Source: a virus (Duplodnaviria; Caudoviricetes). From it: DNA of 32,414 bases. The position numbers and the translations under genes were made by a program. Where the stretch lies: positions 1 to 32,414 of IMG/VR virus record IMGVR_UViG_3300020042_003938. One strand, given 5' to 3'. Shown piece after piece: positions 6,811 to 14,895 of the stretch (position 1 is its first letter; each line of letters opens with the position of its first letter). Under the pieces are notes generated by a model. It saw only the letters and a list, made by a program, of their open reading frames with translations. It was not told the origin of the DNA and did not search any database.

Positions 6811-6958
6811 TCGTTTTGACTGACTCGTAGCCACGATTCAAGAAACCATCCAATGCGGAACGTTCACGTGGTGACGCACCAAGTTTGTGAACAAATTCAT
6901 CTGCACCATAGATACGTTCCATTAAACATTCGTACAGTTCGCGTGCTATGTCTTCCAT
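6803..6958 (-). CDS. Hypothetical protein (51 aa, not in ORF track)
   Basis: MEDIARELYECLMERIYGADEFVHKLGASPRERSALDGFLNRGYESVKTNG*; TGATG coupling. Confidence 0.65.
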   Translation of the reverse strand: MEDIARELYECLMERIYGADEFVHKLGASPRERSALDGFLNRGYESVKTNG

Positions 6959-7293
6959 CAGTAACCTGCTTTCTTTAAAATGGTCATCAAGTCTTCAAGT
7001 CTTAAGACCGCATATTGGTCTGCTGGGTTGCCGTAACTGCGACGCTTAGCCACAACTATTCCAAGTTCGGCGTTAGCGTTGTCACGTTCAACTTGGGCTT
7101 CGTGTAACCATGTTGAGAAGTTGAGAATTTTTTGGTTTTTGCATTCCCAAACAAGTCGCGGGTCTGTGCCAGCGATATCACCTTTGTCGTTTATCCCGTG
7201 TAACGTTCGCCGTTCCACATGAGGATAGAACTGGATGAGATAGTTCACGATGAACGTTTCGAAACTGGTTCCTTTAGCGCGTTCCTTTGACAC
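6958..7293 (-). CDS. Holliday junction resolvase (Hjc-like)
   Basis: KGTSFE..DKGDI..WECKN PD-(D/E)xK signature in a ~110 aa protein. Confidence 0.85.
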   Translation of the reverse strand: MSKERAKGTSFETFIVNYLIQFYPHVERRTLHGINDKGDIAGTDPRLVWECKNQKILNFSTWLHEAQVERDNANAELGIVVAKRRSYGNPADQYAVLRLEDLMTILKKAGY

Positions 7294-7459
7294 GAGCCGA
7301 CTCCTCTGCTAATAGTTGGCGGAACAGAAGGCTTCTGCTGACGTCACGTTTCTTGCATAGTTGTTTGATTGTTTCCATTTGGTCTGTTGTTAAACGCAAA
7401 GCAACTATGGCTGTTGAACGGGTTTTACCTGTCGGGTCTACTGTCCGATAGTTAGCCAT
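7274..7459 (-). CDS. Ribbon-helix-helix (CopG/Arc-like) DNA-binding protein
   Basis: IVALRLT..Q...IKQLC..RDVSRS.LFRQLL. Confidence 0.75.
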   Translation of the reverse strand: MANYRTVDPTGKTRSTAIVALRLTTDQMETIKQLCKKRDVSRSLLFRQLLAEESARVKGTR

Positions 7460-8066
7460 TGGTTACGCCTTTCATTTCTGTGAACGCTGTACGTAATGTT
7501 GATAAGTCTTTTTGTAGGATTTGTCCAGCCCAATCCAGTCCTGCTTTTTGTGCGACTGCGTTAGGTGTTAGCCCTGCTTTTTCGCAGGCATCAACGAACT
7601 GTTTGACCTGTGTTTTGGTTAGTGGTTGCGTGTCGTCAGTCACGGTGGAAGCCACAGCCTTGCCTGCGTGTGGCTTCCCCGCTACTGCTGACTTGTCATC
7701 CCATTCTGATTTAGACCAGAGTGACAAACAGATACCAAAGCGCATAGATGCGTTGCGTAGGAAATCGCCGATGAGTTCTTTATCAAGGTCAGGTTTATCT
7801 GAACGCACCGAGCCGACACCCAACATTGTTTTGTCAAGGATTGTGAGTTTGCCCCACATGACTGCCATGCCGTTCGCTTCGTGGATGGCTGGTCTGCCGT
7901 TATCCCATCCGCATGGTTCCCATGACCACATCGGGTCGATGTCGATGAGGATGCGGTTGATTTCTGCGTGACCTACGAAGTCAAGTTGGATGCCACCTCG
8001 CGGTAGTTTCCCTACGATTGACGGGTCAGGTACAGCATATTTGGTGAGGATGTCTTCTAGTTTCAT
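7452..8066 (-). CDS. Rad52/Sak-like single-strand annealing protein
   Basis: LDFVGHA.I..IL..IDP.WSW..GVGS..KELIGDFLRNASMRFGI; adjacent to the exonuclease. Confidence 0.8.
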   Translation of the reverse strand: MKLEDILTKYAVPDPSIVGKLPRGGIQLDFVGHAEINRILIDIDPMWSWEPCGWDNGRPAIHEANGMAVMWGKLTILDKTMLGVGSVRSDKPDLDKELIGDFLRNASMRFGICLSLWSKSEWDDKSAVAGKPHAGKAVASTVTDDTQPLTKTQVKQFVDACEKAGLTPNAVAQKAGLDWAGQILQKDLSTLRTAFTEMKGVTNG

Positions 8067-9022
8067 ACTTTTTCCCCTTTCAGGAGAAGTGTTCGGTTAG
8101 CTATTTGTTTACTGTATTTTTCTGCTATCGCTGGCTCTAATGCTTTCAACGTTTTGATGTCTAGGCTTGCCCATGTTCTGCCTTTCCATGTGGCGATGAT
8201 TGTGCCGTTCACGGTGGCGTATTCGTTCGCACCTATCATGTCGCACAGTTCTGCTTTCAATCTGTCTTCCATCTCTGTGTACGCTTTCAATTCTTTCTTA
8301 ACGTGTTTCAGTTGCTCTACCAGTTCTGATGCTGTCGGGGGCAGTTCCACAGATGTGCCTGTCGGCTTCTGGTAGCGGGTGCTAATCGTTTCATATGACC
8401 AATGCACACCGTCTGGGGTAATGCCAAGGTCAATAGATGTAAGCCATTTTGCTACAGCGTCACAATGCTCCTGCTTTTCTTCGTCAGATATCTTCTGTTC
8501 ATGGATGTATAGAACCATGGTGGAGTCGAACACAGCCCATGTGATGAGGTCTACGTCGGCGCAGATGGCTTGCTGGATGCCTTGGATGCGCCAATAGTCT
8601 GGCAGTTCGCCACCCCATTCACGGCTCATCGTTTTGATTTCCAACACTTTGCGGTCATCACCGTTCTCGTACAGTCCGTCGAGAGTGGCTATCATCCGTG
8701 AACCTTCAGGTGTTTCTGCAACAAACATTTCTTCTGGTGTGAGATATGCGATACCTGTTTTGTCGCAAGCCCATTGCAACACGAACGGCTCTAGACGGTT
8801 CCCTCGTTCCATTGCAGGGTTCGGTGGTATCGGTGATGGTGGCACGTCACCTAATAGTTCTGCGGCATATTTGTCTGCTGGTACGAATGGGTGTAGCCCG
8901 TAGATTGCGGCGACCGCTGATGCGGATACCCGTTTACGTTTCTTGTCATCCCAGAATCTGAGATTCAACCAGTCTTGTTCCCCGTGTGTAGGTTTAGTGA
9001 TGCGTTGCAATGTGATGTTCAT
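8063..9022 (-). CDS. YqaJ-like viral recombinase / lambda-type exonuclease
   Basis: WL..R..VSAS..AAI.G..P, M.RG..LEP, ATLDG, LEIKT, Y..Q..QQ; start ATG 9022 after GAAGGGA. Confidence 0.92.
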   Translation of the reverse strand: MNITLQRITKPTHGEQDWLNLRFWDDKKRKRVSASAVAAIYGLHPFVPADKYAAELLGDVPPSPIPPNPAMERGNRLEPFVLQWACDKTGIAYLTPEEMFVAETPEGSRMIATLDGLYENGDDRKVLEIKTMSREWGGELPDYWRIQGIQQAICADVDLITWAVFDSTMVLYIHEQKISDEEKQEHCDAVAKWLTSIDLGITPDGVHWSYETISTRYQKPTGTSVELPPTASELVEQLKHVKKELKAYTEMEDRLKAELCDMIGANEYATVNGTIIATWKGRTWASLDIKTLKALEPAIAEKYSKQIANRTLLLKGEKV

Positions 9023-9053
9023 GTGTTCCCTTCTCGTAGTTGATACTTGTAAT

Positions 9054-9082
9054 ACTGTATAGCAGATTGGGGTGGCTGTCAA
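9054..9082 (-). promoter_or_regulatory. Sigma70/SigA-type promoter of the recombination operon
   Basis: TTGACA(9082-9077)-17 nt-TACAGT(9059-9054); a GGGGT/ACCCC inverted repeat overlaps the -35. Confidence 0.75.
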
Positions 9083-9085
9083 CCC

Positions 9086-9331
9086 CTAAGACAGAATTTT
9101 TATTTGCTCAACCATCTTCAACGGGATAGCAAGAATGTGGTCAGACGAATCTTCGATATAAGATTGGGCGATAACAATGTGGTTCGGTTTGGCGTCAGGT
9201 AACAGCCAACCTACGGAGTGTACGACAGCGGGTTCAGGTTCGATGTCTGTTGTTGGCATCCACCCTGTTGACACCGAATGGGCGTCATGCCACACCAGTA
9301 GCACCATCGTATGTTTGTACCCTTCGGTCAT
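9086..9331 (-). CDS. Conserved hypothetical phage protein
   Basis: V.W.DA....GW...SVGWLL...IVIAQS...IP..MV; preceded by TAAACT plus 6 nt (leaderless). Confidence 0.85.
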   Translation of the reverse strand: MTEGYKHTMVLLVWHDAHSVSTGWMPTTDIEPEPAVVHSVGWLLPDAKPNHIVIAQSYIEDSSDHILAIPLKMVEQIKILS

Positions 9332-9335
9332 AGCA

Positions 9336-9494
9336 TCAGTTTACTTGTTGGGTGTAACGGGGTGAGGGTTTAGTTGCGTTGATTAGGTGGTCTAAAGCGT
9401 TGAGTGCTTCAAAGAATTCTTGTTCTTCGGAGTGGTTGGCGACCCTTGCTTTTACCAAGAATTTCCTTATATTGTATAGCGTTTCTTTTGTCAT
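9336..9494 (-). CDS. Hypothetical protein (52 aa, not in ORF track)
   Basis: MTKETLYNIRKFLVKARVANHSEEQEFFEALNALDHLINATKPSPRYTQQVN*. Confidence 0.65.
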   Translation of the reverse strand: MTKETLYNIRKFLVKARVANHSEEQEFFEALNALDHLINATKPSPRYTQQVN

Positions 9495-9526
9495 AGGACT
9501 TGACAAGATATCAGGAAGACGAATTG

Positions 9527-9691
9527 TTAGTCGGTTGTTTCCGAATAATTTGCGTGACTGAAAGCCATTAGTTTTCCGTCAGGTTTGTACGCTATCCAAG
9601 TCGGGGCGTCTGGGTCGCAACGGCATCCAATAGTTTTGTTAGGTTGAAAAGTAACAAGGGTGTTACATTTGTTGCAGAATGCTGTCGGCAT
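9527..9691 (-). CDS. Small Zn-binding protein (54 aa, not in ORF track)
   Basis: MPTAFCNKCNTLVTFQPNKTIGCRCDPDAPTWIAYKPDGKLMAFSHANYSETTD*; CxxC and CxC. Confidence 0.7.
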   Translation of the reverse strand: MPTAFCNKCNTLVTFQPNKTIGCRCDPDAPTWIAYKPDGKLMAFSHANYSETTD

Positions 9692-9692
9692 A

Positions 9693-9911
9693 CTACTTCT
9701 TGTGTTCTTTGACGTGGCTTTCTAAACCATCAGCAACTTTATCAACTTTAATCTCAACCCTACCCATGCTACTAAACATATGTTGCAACATACCAGCAAC
9801 AACAGCATGGTCTTCCTGATTCTCTTTACGAAACAATGCGATGACAGTAACAATAATTCCACCGACCGCTGTGACAACAGCCGACAGTATTAAAGCCCAC
9901 CCGCCATCCAT
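9693..9911 (-). CDS. Putative holin / lysis membrane protein
   Basis: Single N-terminal TM helix plus coiled-coil tail; directly downstream of the endolysin. Confidence 0.65.
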   Translation of the reverse strand: MDGGWALILSAVVTAVGGIIVTVIALFRKENQEDHAVVAGMLQHMFSSMGRVEIKVDKVADGLESHVKEHKK

Positions 9912-10453
9912 TATGCAGGCTTAACTTTCGCCTCAAAATCTAGTACTGCTTGCGGAATATCTTCCCCACATACATAGCGGATATGCCATGGCTCTGATTG
10001 AACTTCCCAACTGAACCCAAACTTTGCACAGTTCTGCAACATCCAATCCAAACGCAAACCGTTAGCAGACCAAACATCAACAGCCAAACCCCACCCATGA
10101 TTACTAGTTCCTGGCGATGCCATCGGAGCCATACCTTTTTTAAGGAACCATTTCTTACCCTGATATGTACGTGTTGTCTTAGTCCCTGTGTCTTTTTGTA
10201 CGAACCGTGACATGAACCCTGCGAGTTGCTGCTCAAAAGAACGGTACGCATCTGCGCTCGATGTCGGCTTGAACGGTTTAGTTCCCTCAGCCTGCATAGC
10301 GGCGTCATGTAACGCTTCCCAAGCACGTGCCGCGAGATGATGCAACTTACCTGACGGGGTGATAGGGCGCATAATGTCGGCAGGTAACTGCCCGTTTTTT
10401 GTTCCCTTTAAATCTTTCGGGAGTTTGACTGTGACGACAGGTAGTTTCATCAT
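9911..10453 (-). CDS. Endolysin, M15 (VanY-like) Zn peptidase
   Basis: NGQLP, AYRS..QQ, PGTSNHGWGLAVD, EPWH motifs. Confidence 0.9.
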   Translation of the reverse strand: MMKLPVVTVKLPKDLKGTKNGQLPADIMRPITPSGKLHHLAARAWEALHDAAMQAEGTKPFKPTSSADAYRSFEQQLAGFMSRFVQKDTGTKTTRTYQGKKWFLKKGMAPMASPGTSNHGWGLAVDVWSANGLRLDWMLQNCAKFGFSWEVQSEPWHIRYVCGEDIPQAVLDFEAKVKPA

Positions 10454-10686
10454 CTGAAGCCTTTTGTTTTTTGTGCAATAGTTTTTGGTTGTTTTACGAA
10501 CTGTTTCCCAGCCTTGTTCCCTTTGGCTTTTGCCCTGTTAGTTGCCGCTTTTTCTGATGGAGATAATGATTTCCAAGCAGCGTCAGGTAAATAGCGTTTC
10601 TTACCTTTTGACGGTTTGCCGTCAGAGGTACGCCACTTTTGTTTCGACCAGTTCTGGAGCGACTGTTGCGGTTTGGCTAACGCCAT
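10450..10686 (-). CDS. Basic protein, resembles the C-terminal half of DUF5872
   Basis: QSL.NWSKQKWRT..RYLP..AW..LS..EK..T..K..GKQFV. Confidence 0.75.
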   Translation of the reverse strand: MALAKPQQSLQNWSKQKWRTSDGKPSKGKKRYLPDAAWKSLSPSEKAATNRAKAKGNKAGKQFVKQPKTIAQKTKGFR

Positions 10687-10871
10687 TACTTGTAGCCCCC
10701 GCCAGCCTTCTTGTATTGGTTAGCAAGTAACTGTGCTTTGCGTGCTGACCATTCGCCAGGGTCGCCACCTTTGGTGCCTGACTTAATTTTATTGAAAAGT
10801 CTTTTACGCATTTCTGGTTTCGTGTAGTTACCAGCGGCGTTAACTTTTGACTTAGGTTTTTTAGCAGCCAT
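10686..10871 (-). CDS. Basic protein, resembles the N-terminal half of DUF5872
   Basis: YTKP..RK..IK.G.KGG.PGEWSARKAQLLA..YK..GGGY. Confidence 0.8.
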   Translation of the reverse strand: MAAKKPKSKVNAAGNYTKPEMRKRLFNKIKSGTKGGDPGEWSARKAQLLANQYKKAGGGYK

Positions 10872-11014
10872 TACTTCTTCTTAGGTTTAGTGTGCTTTAA
10901 GACCTTGCTTGATGAAGTATGTTTTGCGCCAGTATGAACTTGACCGTTCATTTTGTGCGTGGCACCTTTGTATTCTTTACCGCTAGACAAATAATGTTTT
11001 GATGACTTAGCCAT
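10871..11014 (-). CDS. Small His/Lys-rich protein (47 aa, not in ORF track)
   Basis: MAKSSKHYLSSGKEYKGATHKMNGQVHTGAKHTSSSKVLKHTKPKKK*; TAATG overlaps at both ends. Confidence 0.8.
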   Translation of the reverse strand: MAKSSKHYLSSGKEYKGATHKMNGQVHTGAKHTSSSKVLKHTKPKKK

Positions 11015-11259
11015 TACTTTTTCTTTGCTTTGGTGCCGAACGCTGCTGTGATTTCATCTGATGTGAGTTCGCCGTCTACTGATGCGGTGGCAAGTTTCTG
11101 TACAACACCGAACAGGGCTGTGAGTCCAGCAACACCAGCAGATTTAACTACGTCGACACCGAGGATTGCGCCACCTGTGATGATAGGTAGGGCTGATGCG
11201 ATGAACAGCGATATGAGTCTTTGTCCGAGGTCTAAGGCTTTTGCGATTGCTGAGTTCAT
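11014..11259 (-). CDS. Two-TM membrane protein, holin-like
   Basis: Start ATG 11259 (ATGA overlap); two hydrophobic helices, basic C-terminus; 81 aa. Confidence 0.75.
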   Translation of the reverse strand: MNSAIAKALDLGQRLISLFIASALPIITGGAILGVDVVKSAGVAGLTALFGVVQKLATASVDGELTSDEITAAFGTKAKKK

Positions 11260-11423
11260 TCTGGGTCCTTTTGTGTTAGGGATATCAGCGAGTGTAGCAC
11301 TATGCCAATACCTGTTAGGAGTAACGCCTGTCTTAAGGTAGGACCTGACAAGGTAATTAAAACCATGCCCGTACCCACCCAAGTCCAAGTGTTATCCCTC
11401 ACGTAGTTGACGATGTGTTTCAT
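11256..11423 (-). CDS. Small two-TM membrane protein (55 aa, not in ORF track)
   Basis: MKHIVNYVRDNTWTWVGTGMVLITLSGPTLRQALLLTGIGIVLHSLISLTQKDPE*; TAATG-coupled. Confidence 0.75.
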   Translation of the reverse strand: MKHIVNYVRDNTWTWVGTGMVLITLSGPTLRQALLLTGIGIVLHSLISLTQKDPE

Positions 11424-13057
11424 TATCGTCTAATCCTAGTAGGTGGGATTGCTGCGATGAGCGCACCTACAGCGACTAGGGTTCGGCGTTCACCGACGGG
11501 GATGTTTGAGCCTGTCGGTACATAGTTCTCGAATTGTGAACTAAAGATGTCAATAGTTTTTTCGAACGCTTCTTTGATTTCTGTTGGGGCTTCTTGGATG
11601 GCTTCGGTGAAGGCTTCTAGTTGGGTGTCGGATAGTTCTTCTACGACGATTTGTTCAAAGAGTTCTTCAGCCTGAGTTTCGGTGATGGCGGCTAGGACTT
11701 CTGGGCTTGACGCTATCTCGGTTGCCTGGTCCGAGGTGATGTCTGCGGCTAGGACTTGGGTGATGGCTTCGACAATTTGTTCAGGTGCGGCTTCGCTGAG
11801 GGTTTCTAAGATTTGTTCTACTTGTTTATCGGTGACGGGTTCATCTTCGATGACTTCTTTTAATACTTCTGCTACTTGTTCGTCTGTTACAAGTTCGGGT
11901 AGGGTGATTGGTGATGAATCCTGTACTTCTAATAGTGTTGTTTCTGATATATATACCGACGGCTCTTGCAGTTCTATTGGCTGTTGTGTTTCGTCAAGAA
12001 CAGGTTCAACTTCGAAGTCGGGAAAAAATGTCTCAAGAATGGTTGTCTGAACAGGCACAACAGGTTCTTCTAGAGGACCGTCAGGATAGGATATAAATGT
12101 TTCTGGTGCTGTGGTTTCGGGTAAGACAACTATGGTTTCGGGTACGGTTATGGTGGTTATCGGTTGAGTCTCGATGGTGGGAATAGCAATCGTTGTCTGA
12201 GGAGGGGTGTATGGTACAAAAGTTGTGGTCGTTGTTTGAATTGGGATGGTCGTCGTTGACGTTGTTGTTGTCGTTTGCGTGGTTGTTGTTGACTGAACTG
12301 TGGTCGTCGTTATGGGAAGGGTTGTTGTAGATGAAGTCGTGGATGAGGTCGTCGTTGTTATTTCTGGCAGGGTTGTTGTGGTGCTTGTCGTTGTTGTACT
12401 TGTTGTGGTGGTTGTTGTTGTCGTCGGTAAAGTCGTTGTCGTAGATGAAGACGACGTTGAAGTTGTTGTTGTTGTCTCTGGCAACGTGCTTGTGGTTGTC
12501 GTGGTCGTGGTTGTTGTTGTGGTGGTTGGGCTACTACTAGTGGTAAACGCAGAGTCGGGGACTATTGCCCAACCTGTGTTGTTAATGTTCCATGCAAGCA
12601 TTAGACAGGTGTTTCCACCATTCTCGTACATCCACAGTTCTAAAGGTTGACTGCCTGCGTCTAGTTGTAATTCACCCGATGCCATCCAACCGCAATGTCG
12701 GTCATTCCAGTTGCCCCACTCATTGCCATCAATGTTAATTCTTCCGCCATCATCTGTAGCCAACCAAAACGCAATCGTATTGTGTTCAGGGATAGTAATA
12801 AACCCTGTCATGTGGACCATAAACAAATCAACGGTGCAGTCTTCAAACGGTTCACCGTTGTAGGAACGGTTGATGTTGTTCTCGACCTCTGTACCGCAGA
12901 CAGGATATTCGGATGTTGACCGAACTGGTGGTATTGCGTCGATTGTGTAGTAGGTGGTTGCTAAACCTGGTGTCGGTTCAGCGTTGACGGTTTGTGGGAA
13001 AACTGTAAACAGGATTGCTGGTAGCGGTATAAGCCACCTAGTTAAATTGCGACCCAC
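11423..13057 (-). CDS. Secreted/membrane-anchored PA14-like domain protein with Thr-rich stalk
   Basis: Signal peptide; PA14-like core (F.V..TGFI.IP, TDDG, YENGG); ~120 aa poly-Thr; acidic helical repeats; C-terminal hydrophobic segment plus Arg. Confidence 0.8.
   Translation of the reverse strand: MGRNLTRWLIPLPAILFTVFPQTVNAEPTPGLATTYYTIDAIPPVRSTSEYPVCGTEVENNINRSYNGEPFEDCTVDLFMVHMTGFITIPEHNTIAFWLATDDGGRINIDGNEWGNWNDRHCGWMASGELQLDAGSQPLELWMYENGGNTCLMLAWNINNTGWAIVPDSAFTTSSSPTTTTTTTTTTTTSTLPETTTTTSTSSSSTTTTLPTTTTTTTTSTTTTSTTTTLPEITTTTSSTTSSTTTLPITTTTVQSTTTTQTTTTTSTTTIPIQTTTTTFVPYTPPQTTIAIPTIETQPITTITVPETIVVLPETTAPETFISYPDGPLEEPVVPVQTTILETFFPDFEVEPVLDETQQPIELQEPSVYISETTLLEVQDSSPITLPELVTDEQVAEVLKEVIEDEPVTDKQVEQILETLSEAAPEQIVEAITQVLAADITSDQATEIASSPEVLAAITETQAEELFEQIVVEELSDTQLEAFTEAIQEAPTEIKEAFEKTIDIFSSQFENYVPTGSNIPVGERRTLVAVGALIAAIPPTRIRR
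12165..12545 (-). repeat. Low-complexity Thr/Ser (ACN)n coding tract
   Basis: GTT/GTC/GGT repeats on + encode TTTTT..LP units. Confidence 0.9.
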
Positions 13058-13059
13058 AT

Positions 13060-13281
13060 CTACGGCTCTATCGGTTCAGGTATTGGCGGTGCTATAAAAT
13101 CTTGTGTGTCATAATCGTATGTCCACCCAAGACCAGCATAAAATTTGTTTGGGTTGTTATAAAATGTTTCTACCCAAACGCCTGTGTAGCGGTCAGGGTT
13201 TGCGTCAATAAATTCTTGTGTTACAACGTGAACGTCAATGACAATGTTTTGGTCGTTTAGTTGTGCAAAGTAAGTTCTCAT
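13060..13281 (-). CDS. Small tail-fibre-associated protein
   Basis: FAQL...NIV..V.V...W.ET.Y...YAG.G.TYD...D.FI.P; follows the Gly-rich gene. Confidence 0.7.
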   Translation of the reverse strand: MRTYFAQLNDQNIVIDVHVVTQEFIDANPDRYTGVWVETFYNNPNKFYAGLGWTYDYDTQDFIAPPIPEPIEP

Positions 13282-14141
13282 ACTTTGAACCTGACATAAA
13301 CTGCGCCTGCTGCACCTGCGCCGCCATCAAAAACGCCTGCCGTGCCGCCCCCACCTGCGCCATAATTTACGCCGTTATTGCCTGTGCCAGTAGTTTTGCC
13401 TGCAACACCACCGTTACCTGCTGCACCGCCTGCGCCTGTGCCACCGCCACCGCCACCTGCGCCTGCGTAATAAGTTGCACCACTAATAAAACCGCTAATA
13501 TCAAGCCCGTTTCCGCCCGCTCCGCCCGTAGTTGTTACGGCGTTACCGCCAACCGACGACGCACCACCGCCCCCACCACCGCCCGCAGCACTAACAAAAT
13601 TGCCGTTGCCACCATTATTCCCAACAGACGGCTGAACAGTTTTTCCGCCATTATTGCCACCAACCGCCCCACCGCCGCTTGACCCGTTGTTTCCTGTGCC
13701 GTCGTTTGGGTTTGAACTAGTTGCCCCTGCACTAACACTAATTACATTTCCAATTGCGCTTTCAAAACCATTAGTGCCATATGCCCCACCTGTGCCAGCC
13801 GTGCCACCTGCACCAACATCTACCGCATAAGTTGCAGCCGCTAAATAAACAGTTGTAACCGCAGACATTTCTAAAACGCCCCCGCCCCCTGCCCCGCCCG
13901 ACGCAAGACTAGCAATTGACGCAGCCGACCCACCGCCACCGCCGATAAGCAACACATCAAACAAACCTGCAGAAGAAACAACAAGGTTTGCATCGCTTGT
14001 AAACGACAACAGCGTGTAGTTCTGTGATGACACGGTAATCGAACTTGAAGTGCCACCAGTTGCCGTGCCATAAACTTCTGCGCTTGCTACGACTACAGGG
14101 TAAGCCGAAACATATCCAAGCGATCTGCGTGAACTTGTCAT
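13278..14141 (-). CDS. Glycine-rich tail fibre / receptor-binding protein
   Basis: ATGG..Y.LL.FT..DVLLIGGGGG..GGAGGGG..GAGGGG..GAVYVRF. Confidence 0.75.
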   Translation of the reverse strand: MTSSRRSLGYVSAYPVVVASAEVYGTATGGTSSSITVSSQNYTLLSFTSDANLVVSSAGLFDVLLIGGGGGSAASIASLASGGAGGGGVLEMSAVTTVYLAAATYAVDVGAGGTAGTGGAYGTNGFESAIGNVISVSAGATSSNPNDGTGNNGSSGGGAVGGNNGGKTVQPSVGNNGGNGNFVSAAGGGGGGGASSVGGNAVTTTGGAGGNGLDISGFISGATYYAGAGGGGGGTGAGGAAGNGGVAGKTTGTGNNGVNYGAGGGGTAGVFDGGAGAAGAVYVRFKV

Positions 14142-14144
14142 CGT

Positions 14145-14393
14145 CTAGCCCAGTAACGCTTGTGCTTCGTCTGCTGTCAAACCAAGTTTATCCAACACCG
14201 CTTGACGGGCAGCCTGCTTTGCTGGTGTTTCGTTAGCGATTTCTGTTTGCACAGAAGCCCACAAACCATCAAGAGTTGCTTTGCTTGGCTTTGCAGAATC
14301 TGATAGCCAAGTCAAACCGTCATAGTTCTCGCCGTCAAGTGTCCATTCTTTGCCTGCATAACGGCGTGTCAAAATTACTGCGTAGTCGGTCAT
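14145..14393 (-). CDS. Small tail fibre chaperone-like protein
   Basis: W.L.GE.Y.GL.W...KP, C-terminal L.KLGLT.DEA..L. Confidence 0.7.
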   Translation of the reverse strand: MTDYAVILTRRYAGKEWTLDGENYDGLTWLSDSAKPSKATLDGLWASVQTEIANETPAKQAARQAVLDKLGLTADEAQALLG

Positions 14394-14893
14394 ACGATTA
14401 CTTCCATAACTGTGATGCTTGAAGATGTCCTAGATATTGAAGTTATATCGCTGTCAAGTTTTGAACGATTTATATAGAAAGTTCCTGCGGCTGTATTCAT
14501 TGCTTGCAGTTTGTAAGTTGTTGCCGATGTCGTTGCAGGACTGTCTAAAAAACTTGCGTTGCCAACAACTGACTCGGCTTGGATTGTGTTGCTAAAACCA
14601 AATGTTGCCCGTATTCGGGTGCTTGCGGCATCACCAATATTTATTGCGGTTGAATCTCTCATCATTCTAAAAAACAATGACGCAACCGAAGTATCCATAG
14701 AACCCGAAACTTGCACAATGACTAAGATTTTGCTAGTGGCTGATTTTGGCGTAATGCTGACACTAAGCCCTGTAATGTCCACATAACTTGTGCTTGTTGA
14801 TGTAAAAGTATCAGTTTTTGATGTGCTAACGACTTGAATAACTCCGCTAGGAATCGGAACTGCTTGAACAATTTGGCTAGAAGTATAAGCCAT
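14390..14893 (-). CDS. Tail fibre / beta-sandwich virion protein
   Basis: VIQVV..K..FT.TSTSYVDITGLSVSITPKS.TSKILV..LDSPATTSATTYKLQ..SSITVMEV; start ATG 14893. Confidence 0.75.
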   Translation of the reverse strand: MAYTSSQIVQAVPIPSGVIQVVSTSKTDTFTSTSTSYVDITGLSVSITPKSATSKILVIVQVSGSMDTSVASLFFRMMRDSTAINIGDAASTRIRATFGFSNTIQAESVVGNASFLDSPATTSATTYKLQAMNTAAGTFYINRSKLDSDITSISRTSSSITVMEVIV

Positions 14894-14895
14894 AA

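Noticed and set aside
9500-9530. TTGACA on the + strand
   Set aside because: No -10 hexamer at 16-18 nt and no credible + strand gene downstream
12300-12650. Val-rich + strand ORF and the many other antisense ORFs from 4.3 kb onward
   Set aside because: Shadows of - strand genes (e.g. reverse complement of the poly-Thr tract); no RBS or coupling
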